From NCBI RefSeq assembly GCF_009914755.1, contig NC_060937.1: DNA of 64,000 bases. One strand, written 5' to 3'. The stretch's first letter is position 1. Every line of letters starts with the position of its first letter. Under the pieces are notes generated by a model. It was not told where the DNA came from, did not search any database, and worked only from the letters and a program-made list of their open reading frames with translations. The position numbers and the translations under genes were made by a program. Positions 12,901-24,880 of the stretch are shown piece by piece. The DNA is from the human T2T-CHM13v2.0 reference genome, Homo sapiens.

Positions 12901-13657
12901 AGAGACAGCAGGAAGGAAAGACTAAGTCCGCTGCACTGCAGAGACCGTGGCAGTCTCTCCCGCTAGGGGCTCTGTCTCAGGGAGATCAGGGAGATCATTA
13001 CAGACAGAATTCTGTCTGTAAACCCCTGGGTGGAGTTGCTGAAATTCCCACAGGGAGGCCCTGCCTGGTGAGGAGGGCTGGATCCAGGTCCCACCTAAAG
13101 AAGCGGTCTGGTCATGATCTGCCACAGCCACTCTGCTGCGGGAATTCCTCCCGGTTCAAACCGCCCAGTCTCCCTGGCACTGGCAGGGGAGGATGGCCAA
13201 CTGGAGCTGCAGTGATGGTGGTCGCCCCTCCCCTGGGAACGAGATCGTCTTAGGCAACCTCCAGCCTGCTGCCGCTGGCTGCAACCCAAGCGGCTGCCGA
13301 GGGTCTGCGCAGCTCTATGCTTGGGACCCAAGGCCCTGGTGATGTGGGCTCAGGAGCGGATCTCTTGATCTGTGGGTTACTTACCACCTGGGCTGGGGAT
13401 AGGAGCTCCCCTTACCCCATGAGGCTCCCAGGTGCGCCGTCATTCCACCCTGCTTTTCTTCACTCTCCGTGGGTTGCGCCAACCACCTAGTCAGCCCCAA
13501 TGAGAGAACCTGGATACCACAGTTGGAGGTGCAGGATCCACTTGCCCTTTTCATTCTTCTCGGTGGGAGCCAACACCTGCAGCTGCTTCTAATCAGCCAT
13601 CTTGGGGATTTAAGTTTTCAATACAAGAACTTTGGGGGATACATTTAAACCATAGCA
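9761..13657 (-). mobile_element. MST-type MaLR LTR (MSTB-like) split by an L1 (pieces 9761-10125 and 13605-13657)
   Basis: tgtcttagtccattttgtgctgc...aaaggtcccacctctcaa, resuming gaactttgggggatacatttaaaccatagca; (GA)15 at 9929-9958. Confidence 0.85.
10126..13604 (-). mobile_element. L1PA (approx. PA8-PA11) with both ends but ORF1 and endonuclease deleted
   Basis: 3'UTR from 10126; ORF2 remnants ([42 protein letters not shown]); 5'UTR ~12654-13604 starting ccaagatggctgattagaagcag; TSD gggaactaagttttc / gggatttaagttttc. Confidence 0.92.
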
Positions 13658-14161
13658 GCTGGGGAGGGGCAGAGGTCAGGCACCTTCTGTGTGTTTGCCC
13701 CGTATAGTAGGGGCTGAAGATTACATCTGGGATGATGGTCATTCATGTCCCAAGAACTGTCACCTTTAGGACATAATTTTCCTCTGCTTGTAGAACAGGG
13801 GCTGCTTGTCTGACAGTCCTCTTTTGTGTTACCATCCCCCTGCCAAACAGATTATATTCCTGTCATTAAACACAAGCGCTACACCTTTGCAGTGGATTCC
13901 CACTGGCCTGGCCATTGACCGTAGTAGAAAGAACCCTCGAGGTGGTGTAAAACTTGGATTTGGGTCTGACTTCTGTTACCATTACACTACCTGGGTGACC
14001 TAAAATAATCCAGTGTCTGCACTTTATTTCTTAATCTGTGAAGAGAGTAATCTTTGCTCTGCCCAGCTCATGAGGTTATGAGAAGTAATGAAGCCATCGT
14101 TTGTATGTGCTTTGTAGAGCCTAGGGGCTGTAGAATAGAAGGGATGATGAGAATGCTTTGA

Positions 14162-14576
<415 letters not shown>

Positions 14577-14589
14577 TAATCAAAGTGTT

Positions 14590-15560
14590 TTCCTTCTTCT
14601 CCTAGGCACATAGCTGGACTACATTTCCCATATTTCTTTGCTGTTGTTGAATGTAGCTATCCGAGTAAATTCTGACCAGTGGAATGTGAATGGAAGTGAC
14701 TATAGTACTTGTGGGGATGGCGCTTAATTATTTCTCAGCACAATCCTCTATTCTCAGTTCATGGTGCTCCCAGGGACTTAGGAATTACTATTTTTTGTTG
14801 TACTCCTCGTCCAAAGAAACACCTAACATTTCCAATTAAAATGTAGTTAGGTCCAAACAACAATAAATATTTATGTCCTAATAACTTTGTGCTTTGAAAA
14901 AGTAGTACATGTGAATTAAAAGCCAAATGATATTTTTATTTCATTCTTAAATAAGCACAATTACTTCCTAATGGGATGTATACGCCTGTTTAAGCATTGC
15001 ATAACTCCTTTAATCTGTAAATCACATTGGACACCACTATCTTCATTTCCTGTTGCACACTGATTTTAATGCAGTACTTGACTTTTATTACAGTGGTTGC
15101 TAAATACCCAGATTCAAAAAGATACAGCATTATCGAAATTAATGTCGGATGATTTCATGATGAAATTGGGAACTACCTTGAGATATTAGTTTTTGCATTG
15201 TCCAACAGATGTGGACTATTGCTGGGTTTCCTTAAAATTTTAAAAATATCGCATCATGACACCCTTGTGAATTCAGTGTAGCACTGCAGGTCACCTTGTT
15301 GCACAATTTGCGGACCATAGCGCTCTTCTTTTTCTCCATTTGCCAGTTGAATGGAGAGAACTTTGAGGATTTGGAGGATAGTGAAGACAAAATGGAGCCT
15401 GAGTCCCCGAGTCTCCATGGAAGGAGAGGCAGCCAGGAGAACCACTCGACAAGAAACAGCTGCTTTGGCCTATGACAGAAATGAGATATTGTGTTTCTTT
15501 TGACATTCCACTGATTTAGGATGTTGTTTATGAAGCAGTTAGTCTACCCTGACTTATACA
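14590..15560 (+). mobile_element. MLT1 (J/I-like) LTR split by a DNA transposon
   Basis: ggactacatttccc...ttctgaccagtggaatgtga, resuming ~15321 to gcagttagtctaccctgacttataca. Confidence 0.55.
14748..15320 (-). mobile_element. hAT-Charlie non-autonomous DNA transposon (MER119-like)
   Basis: gtagttaggtccaaacaac, tttatgtcctaa, ttggacaccac..cttcatttcctgtt, gaactaccttgag match the recalled MER119 antisense consensus. Confidence 0.75.
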
Positions 15561-16551
15561 GTGCCCACATTCATGAATATCACTAGGGATGCTTTTGTAA
15601 ATTCAAGCTTTGCTTCACATTGGATGTCTCTCTCTCATGAGGAATTAATGTTGGACAAGTCAGATAGCCTTGGTGACTGAGTTTAATCTACCATATCCTG
15701 GGGAAGTCCAGGCAATACCCTGATTAAGAGATTTTTTCTCTAGAAGTAGGTGTTCCTGAGTCAGTGCAATATTTGTAAAGTGAGCAAGAGTATTTCCCAG
15801 TGACCACATTATCAACCAAAATGCAAATGCTCTTGGGGGTTTGGGGATGCCTGCTTTCCAAGAGAATAGAGCAGTGCTGAAGAAGTGAATTATGGCCATT
15901 TGTCCATTTGCATAGAGATGCCCTCTGAGTGGTGAGATGTAACATGCACCTTCACAGGAAGCCACACTCAAGCAGATTTACAGTCCCAGAAGATTCCCCT
16001 GAAGGAACACCATAGCTCACTTGTAGAATATCACTGTTCAAACTCAGTGCTGGGATCGGAGGGGCCATTTTCTCTAAAGTAGGTCACATTTTCTATTTAG
16101 GTCTTGTTTCATGACCCACATAGAGAAAATGGTAGTTCAAAATCAGGTAAACCTTTCTGGGAAGCTTACATTTGATTATAACCTTATTTGTAACATCTCT
16201 GAGAATTCCCCTCTCCCCACAACTACCAATTATCCTCAAGAAGCATAGAGGCATTCTTTTCCTTCTCATGAATAATTAAATGTGACCAAACTTCAGAAAA
16301 CTTCCTGGCATACATATGTCTATTTTGTCTTGATTTAGGCAAGGTTTAAGCAAGCTGCTGAGACTCTTTGATTTCACATATTTATAGCCCAGATCTTTCT
16401 TTTTCATCTGTTTATTGACTTTCTTCATGCCCAGGCTTCTTATTGGCTGAAATGAAGTAATACACTGCTCTTTGTGGATGGGAGAGTCAAGAATTAAGCT
16501 TCATTGGCCCAAGCCCCATGACTTTTGGAAAATATTCCAGAGAACATGTGA

Positions 16552-16886
<335 letters not shown>

Positions 16887-17029
16887 TGAAGAGTGGTTTG
16901 GGAAGCTGGTCTGCCATGGACCCAGTCACACCATTGAAATCTATCTCCATTGTGAATTTTTCCAAAGAGAAAACAACTATATTTTACTTTTAGATTTTTT
17001 ATTTTTTACTTTTTGTTTTATTATTAAAT

Positions 17030-17274
17030 TTTTTTAGAGACAGGGTCTCGCTGTCACCAAAGCTGGAGTGCAGTGGTGTGATTATAGCTCACTGCAGCCT
17101 CAAACTCTTGGGAGGCCTCAGCCTCCCAAGTAGCTAGGACTATAGGCGTGCACCACCACACCTAATTTTTTCATTTTTTAATTTGTAGATATGGGGTGTT
17201 GCTATGTTGCCCAGGCTGGTCTTGAACTCCTGACCTCAGGGGATCTTCCCACCTTGGCCTCCCAAAGCGCCGGG
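17030..17274 (-). mobile_element. AluJ, partially deleted
   Basis: agagacagggtctcgc...tatagctcactgcagcctcaaactc J-type diagnostics. Confidence 0.85.
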
Positions 17275-17578
17275 GTTTTTTTCTTAATGTCGCATAATCA
17301 AATTTTTAAAAAATAACAGATTTTTTTTTATTTTCTGAATATTCTTTTTCTTGCTGTTGAATCAAATTAAAAGGTAACTGATAAGAGAGCAGGTAGCTGA
17401 CATTGAGACTGAAAATATGCCTGAAGAGAAACATTCAGGGGTACTATGAAGAGTGCTTGGCATGGAGATCACAAGTTTATCAGAAACATTTAAAAGAAAA
17501 TTGGGTTACTTTGGTTCTGCTCCTGGACAGTTGGGTGATTATAGTTACTTTCCACCATTTTTCAGTACCTATTTGTAA

Positions 17579-17795
<217 letters not shown>

Positions 17796-17806
17796 TGATA
17801 CATCAT

Positions 17807-18321
17807 GTGCTTGGCCAAATTTTAGCCCCAATGATCTTCATGCCCTATTGTTATACCTTTGCATATGCTATGCTACAAGACAAAAGGGACTTTGCAGATG
17901 CAATGAAATGACTAATCAGCTGACCTTAGGTAGGAAATTATACTGAAGTATCTAGTTGACCAACTGCAGTCACATGAGCCCTTGAAAACAATTTTCTCCC
18001 AGCTCCAATTGGAAGTCTGAGATTCCAAGCATGAGAAGGAGTTGTGTGCTGTTGCGGGCTCAAAGACGGAGGGGGCTATGTGAAAAGTATAAGAAGGAAA
18101 TGAATTCTGCCAGCAACCAGTGAGCTTGCAGAGGACCCTAAGCTTTGGATTTGAACCACACCTCCTGCTGACACCTTGATTCAACCTGTGTGAAACCCTG
18201 AGCAGAGAATCCAACCACCCAGGTGCTGAATGTCTAACCTACTATGAGGTAATAAACTTGTGTAGTTTTAAGTCACTAAGTTTGTGGTTATTTGTTATGG
18301 CAGCAAGAGGAAACTAATATA
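17807..18321 (+). mobile_element. MLT1E-like MaLR LTR
   Basis: aaaagggactttgcagatg...ctaatcagctgacctta...aataaacttgtgtagttttaagtcactaagtttgtgg...aaactaatata. Confidence 0.8.
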
Positions 18322-18329
18322 TGCCATGA

Positions 18330-18898
<569 letters not shown>

Positions 18899-20044
18899 AA
18901 TTTACTTTTTATGTAAGAAGAAATGGAGACTCTGGGAGCCCAGATAACTTGCCCACATTTCTGCCACTGGAATTTGTGATATTTGAACCCACGGATCCTG
19001 ATTATAGGCCATAGCTGTTTCCTTACTGTGTGCCAATTCCTAGATCAATGGGGGTGATCGAAATATTAGTTGACAATCATGAAGATTAACAGAAGGTCAC
19101 AAAAATAATGAACAATGAGGATTTTTATTTTAATGGAGTATGGTAGATGTCCCAGATCAATGATTACTGGATTCTTCAGCTTGTTTGAAAATCTGACTCT
19201 CTGTCAGCAGCCAGAGCTGAGAAAAAGCCAGAATTCTGACTTCTCAGTTGCTGGCTTTCAACTATTATTTCCATGGAAACCTATCAGATCTGAAAAAACA
19301 AGTTAAGTGCCTTAATATCATCACCATCCAATGACTGAGACTTCCCATGTTTCAGTCTAGCTAATATCCATTTCCAGGGGTAAAAAGAGGAGAACTGGCC
19401 ACACAGACTTGAAGGAAAATGCACTTATTTCATCTCAGCAGGTCATTACTGACCAAGAATGGGTATTGTTGCTTTCTAATTGCCATCCAATTTTAGGCAA
19501 AGATGAAAAGGAAAAGATGTCTGTGAACTCTGCTTCAGGGGATAATGAACAGGAATCTCCTACTTACTTCTTGACTATCATCAGACATTATCATTGGCCA
19601 ACATTGCTTATTCATTGCTGTAAATACCCAAGACCAATTTACATGCTATGGTTTTAAAAATGAGATAGCCATCACTGGCCCAGGAAATCAAAGAAGGCTT
19701 CAAATAATAGGGAGACCAGAGATTTTTCTGTTCATTTTCTTGTGAATATCACTAAGAAATATATAAAGCAGGATTTGTTCCTTCTGTTGTTGCTCTTTTT
19801 CTACAGAGGGTTATATCACTCCCCAGCCACAACAGGAGGGCTAATAAGACAATATGTCTTAAAGGCTTCAGAGGCTACAAATTGACTTTCTCTTAAGAAG
19901 GCTTGTAAACAAATACTGTGTCATTATAAGACCATTACAACCTCTTGGGTGGGCTTTGGCTTTTTGCCCAGAGTTTGGAGGTTGAGCTAAACAGCAGCAT
20001 GATTACACCACTCTGTGGTCCATTGGTTCATGAGGCTGTTGGAG

Positions 20045-20200
20045 CTTTCATTACATCCATCAGTCAGGGACAACTCTGTGGCGCCCACTGTGTGCAGAGC
20101 ATTGAGCACTATGGGGAGCATTGGAGCAAAGAGAAAGCACAGCTTCTGCTCTTGAAGAGCTTTAAATTTACTGGGGCAGCCAGGAGCACACAAATGAAAC
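20045..20200 (-). mobile_element. L2 3' end relic
   Basis: cactgtgtgcagagcattgagc...ctgctcttgaagagctttaaatttactgggg. Confidence 0.5.
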
Positions 20201-20356
20201 TGGGTAAGAAAATAAGTGAGAGAAACAACCAATCCACCACACCAAAACAAAATTCCAAAACACCGCCATTTTCCTGACATAATTAGCTGTGTCGGGTTGG
20301 TTTGAATGATTGGGTGAGCAAAATTAAACAGAGTTAGATGGAAATGTGGAGATTTC

Positions 20357-20558
20357 GAGAAGAAGAAGAAGCGAAGAAGAAGGGAAGAAGAAGAAGAAAG
20401 AAGAAGAAGAAGAAGAGGAGGAGGAGGATGGGGAAGGGGAGGGGGACGGGAAGGGGGGGAGGGGGAGGGGGAGGAAGGGGAGGAGGGGGAGAAGGAGAAG
20501 GAGAAGAAGAAAAAGAAGCAGAAGCAACAGCAGCAAAAGCAGAAGAAGCAGCAGCAAC
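20357..20558. repeat. Compound polypurine low-complexity tract (GAA)n-(GGA/GGGGA)n-(GAA/GCA)n
   Basis: 162 nt (20357-20518) with only three pyrimidines on the + strand. Confidence 0.95.
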
Positions 20559-21880
20559 ATTCACAAAAGGAGCAGAGGTTAGTGGGCAGGCTCAGGGGTA
20601 AGAACAGTGGATGAGAAATGGATGAAGCCGGCGAGGGTTGCTTGGATTTGAGCCATAAGCCCAGCAACAGGGGTGAGGACAGTTTCGTATGGGAGATGGT
20701 AAGTTATGGAGTCTAAACTTCTGGAATTCCAGATTGTTTTAATTTGCTTTAAGACATGCATTTCTAAAGGTTTCTGACAAAGAGCCAGATGTCATAGAAT
20801 AAAGCCAAGAACAGAAGCAGAAAAGAGAAGAGGCACATTCTTCTGGATCACTTGGTGGAGAGAATTTGAGTCCAGGTCTTCCATGAAGGCCACCATACTT
20901 CATTCTTTCTCTGAACATTTGTAGTACTTAAAGGCTATGCCACATAATTTAGCACTCCATCACTCACGTCTTTAGCCTATTTATATTAAATGAAATCCAT
21001 GTTAGGGGCCATGCCTGACATATTATGCAACTCAATGATACTTACCAGCAATGAAGCATTTTCTAGAGGGAAAAGGGGCAGTGCAATAATTGCTTTTCCA
21101 GGTTAGGAAAGAAACCTGTGAATGGGCACCAGGAACAACTTGTTGCTTTAAATTAGAATGTAAACCTCACAGGACTGAGACAATCCAGTAGTTTGCATAT
21201 TGGAGCAAAACAACAATATTCACATTTTGGTATTTATTTTGCTTAATGCTGGTATTCTTTAAAATGAGATATGGCCACCATTGTCTTCTGCTCTTGTTCT
21301 TTAATGCCAGGCTGCCTAAGAAAAGCCATGGTCCAGGACCAAGTTTCCTTTGTCTTCTCATCCTGAGCCTCACCTATGATGTTAATTGAAGAAGAAGATC
21401 CTGGGTAAAAATAAATTATTTTTGGGAAGGAGTTAGTCTCTGTGAGCCTAAACCAGACCCTAGGGGAGAGAGTAGGATGGAGAGGAGCAGAGGGAATGTG
21501 GCCTAGAGGGAAGGAAAGTGGTTGCTTTCCAGAAAGTCTGTGAAATAACCTGAGACCCTCTCCCTTCCCCTCCTTCTGCAGGTAGATTTGGGTCCCAAAC
21601 AGCTCTGGTTGAAATACAAATGACCAATTAAAACACACACAAAAAACTCTCAGCATCACCAAGAACCCAATACATGGAAATTCCAAAAACACTGAATTAA
21701 TTTTGAAAGATTTTAAATGAGAGAAATATAGTGAGAATGCTTTCTAAATGACCTTTGTTTGATTTAAAATTTTAGCTCAAATTTTAACTCTTTAGGTACA
21801 GCCTCTAATTCAGATTTCAGATTTTTAACATGTTCCAAACATTACAAATGACTATTTCTGTATTGAAAAATAGCACAACA

Positions 21881-22021
21881 GCTGGGCACAGTGGCTCACA
21901 CCTGCAATCTCAACACTTTGGAAAGCCAAGGCAGGAGGATCACTTGAGTCCAGGAATTTGAGACCAACCTGGGCACCATAGTGAGACACTCATCTCTGCA
22001 GAAAAAAAAAAAGAAAAAAAA
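21881..22021 (+). mobile_element. FLAM (free left Alu monomer)
   Basis: Left monomer followed directly by an A tail. Confidence 0.85.
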
Positions 22022-22199
22022 TCCTCTTTTTAAGGGTACTAAGAATTTTGAAAAATAAAAAAAAGGTCAAATAGCACAATATATCAGAACACCAAAATCT
22101 TACTGCAATGACAGCTTCAGCAGACTCAGCTGAAGTGAGGCACATCAAAAATTATGACTTCTAATTGACGCCCCCACTGGAAATGATAAAAGCAGCTGC

Positions 22200-22490
22200 A
22201 CTTCTTCTGTACCAAGTACTATGCTAGGCTTTGACAGGTATTATCTCATTTGATTTTCATAGGAACCCCAAAAAGTAAGTTCTTTTAGCTTGTCTCTTTT
22301 CCCAGAGGAAGAAACGAAATTTTAGAGAAATTAAAGCTGAATCATATAAAATTGCTAATGTTTGACTGTTTTTGACCCACAGATATGGCAATCTCATATC
22401 TCACCTGGTTCAACCTGGTAATGTGTCTGAGGTCACACAGCGGGCAAGTGTGGAGCAGAAATTATTCAAGGCATCGCACTCCAAACCCCA
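22200..22490 (-). mobile_element. MIR containing a MADE2 insertion
   Basis: gtaccaagtactatgctagg...tattatctcatttgatt...gaggaagaaac...gaggtcacacag. Confidence 0.65.
22332..22420. mobile_element. MADE2-like mariner MITE
   Basis: Inverted termini tgaatcatataaaattgc / ggcaatctcatat..ggttcaacct around gactgtttttgaccca. Confidence 0.7.
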
Positions 22491-22903
22491 CTAGGCAACG
22501 TGGCTTACTTCTAGCTAAAAGATGAGAGCAGGTAACCTTGGGGCCGAGATTATCAGACTAGTTGAAAAGTCACTGAAGGCAATCACATCAGGACACCTCA
22601 GAAAGTATTTTTTGTATAAAGTCAGGGGAGGCAACTTGATTCACTGAAAGCTAGCAATGGTTTTGGATTAAGTGGAGTTCTGAACATTTCATTTCATATT
22701 TGCCACAAAATTGCCAAAAGAGACTTCCTCTCTGAGTCTCATATTTTCCTGTTAAATGGGTATGATAACCATGGTCATCTGAAGGATACTTTGGAAGGGA
22801 TACATAAGCTGAATTGTTCAGGAGAGAAGAGCCAATCAACATTTCTGGCAAGGAATGTCTAGGACCTGAGGAATGCTTCACAAAATGTCTGTCTTACTGT
22901 GTG

Positions 22904-23317
22904 TGTTTCACAGTGAGCAGGTCTATGAAAACCCGCCCCAAAGGCCAAGGGAGCTGAGAGGTTGAAGAAAGAGGCTGACAACTCCAGTTTCTCAGAAAGA
23001 AATATTTAATGGGGACTTATTAACAGAAGCAATGTCTTGGGCAGCCTTAAGATGGTGGATCCCCAAAACCTGCCCTCCAGAAAGCATCCTTTAAATAGCA
23101 TGATTTTAGGTGAAAGGCATTAGCAGCTGATCACACTTCAGACTTTCTTGCAAAACACATGACCACTAGGAAAGTTAGATAAGCATCTTTATGAGGGCTT
23201 GTCTATACCACAGCCATTGTTTAAAGACCTTGCTGAATACCTTGGTCTCTGCAGGAATTAAACATCAGTTATCATGGTGGTTTCACTCCAAGATGTTGTC
23301 ACTTTTGCCATGCAACA
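22904..23317 (-). mobile_element. Solo ERV1 LTR (MER93-like)
   Basis: TG...CA termini; ccagtttctcagaaagaaatatttaat and agataagcatctttatgagg. Confidence 0.65.
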
Positions 23318-24384
23318 GGCTGGTTTCTTACAGCATGGAAGAGAACACTGGACTAGGCTCCTGTCAATATTCAGCAGAATGGATGAGCAGCCATTTTCTG
23401 TTTCTAGATTGTTTGCTCCTTCAGAGTTGGGAGATCTTTGATGATTCAAGAGTTCTGACATATTTTGGTGAGCCAGCTTGTTGTTAACATAAATCAGATG
23501 AAGTTGAAAGCCCACCTCAGCATCACAAGGTCAGTGGCTGTTGTCACTGGAAAAGCTCCTGAGGCACTTGCTTTCATAACTGTATTTACTAAAAAGAGCT
23601 TTTAAGAAACATTTATGTAAAAAGAACATTTCACAGGGTATATGCAGCCAGGCTGCAGATGTAAACGATAACAATTTATTTTGAAATTTGCTCTTTAATT
23701 CTGATGGATTTTCTAAGCCAATGATTCTGACTCCAACAGCTGCTGGGTGAGCAGTAGATACCTGGATAAATCAATTTGTTTGTTACCTCTAGAGTAGTGA
23801 ATAATATGTCTTAGTTAGTGCAGTAAAGATTCCTGCCTTCAACATACAGAGCACCCAGGCGCAACTTGCATGTGATTGCAAATATTCAAATGAAATGTAC
23901 AGATCCTGCAAAGGCTGAGTAATAAATCATGTGTCAGGCAAGCACCTTCCCATTTGCATGGATTTCGGTTGACTTAAAAGAGACAAGAAACAAACTAGGG
24001 GCCAGCACAACACAAAAGCCAACTCAGGATGTCTGTTACTGTGTGTGTGACAACGTGAGACCTGGCCTGGTTTTGCAAAAATTTAAATATAGGTTGATGT
24101 GGTCACTGCCTAGAGAACAGCATGATGAGAAGTGGGTCATAGAGTGTGCACCCCCAGGGTTTATCCTTCTGCCTGTATGCCTCTGGGTGAGGAGAATACG
24201 AGCCAAAAAGCCCCTGAAGGGAAATGGATGTGGAGAAGTCCTGCCCTTCTCCCCAAAACAGTATCTTGGAGTGGAGTAAGTGCTAGGAGAAGAGAAATGT
24301 AATCATTGTATGGAGGAGATCATAAAGCAATGGTCAATGAAAAGGAGGAAAACTCAGGAAAACAGAAAAAGGAGGTGAACAATC

Positions 24385-24587
24385 AATTAATAATTATTTT
24401 TATTAATTTAGTAATAATCTTTTACTAAATAAAAATTATTTTAAAATATTAATTTTAAATAACTTATTAACTTATTTTTATTTTTAAATTTTCTTCTTTT
24501 ATTTTTTGTTCTTTTTCCTCTTTTTTCTTTTTATTCCTCTTTGTTTATTGATTTTTTGCAAACACCAACTCAAAGCAGAATTAATTA
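24385..24587. repeat. AT-rich/T-rich low-complexity region
   Basis: Almost only A/T, then T-rich. Confidence 0.7.
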
Positions 24588-24880
24588 ATTTTTTAATTGA
24601 CAAAAATTGTGTATATTTATGGTGTACAACATTATGTTTCAATATATATATACATTGTGGAATGAGTAAATCAAGTTAATTAACATATGCCTTACCTCAC
24701 ATACTTATCATTTATTTCCAGTGAGAACACTTAAAATCTATTCTCTTAGTAGTTTTGAAGTATAAAATACATTGCTATTAACTACAGTTTCCATGTCATA
24801 CAAGAGAAATCTTTAGTTTATTTCTCCTGTCTAATCGAAATTTTGTTGCTTTGGAACAGTATCTTCCTAATCCCCTCCTT
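24588..24880 (-). mobile_element. L1MA 3' end
   Basis: attgtgtatatttatggtgtacaac...ttaacatatgccttacctcacatacttatc...gtgagaacacttaaaatcta. Confidence 0.85.

Noticed and set aside
19987-20667. 226-aa ORF and overlapping poly-Leu/Ser/Glu/Arg ORFs
   Set aside because: They arise from a stop-free purine/pyrimidine repeat that is open in all six frames; no coding evidence
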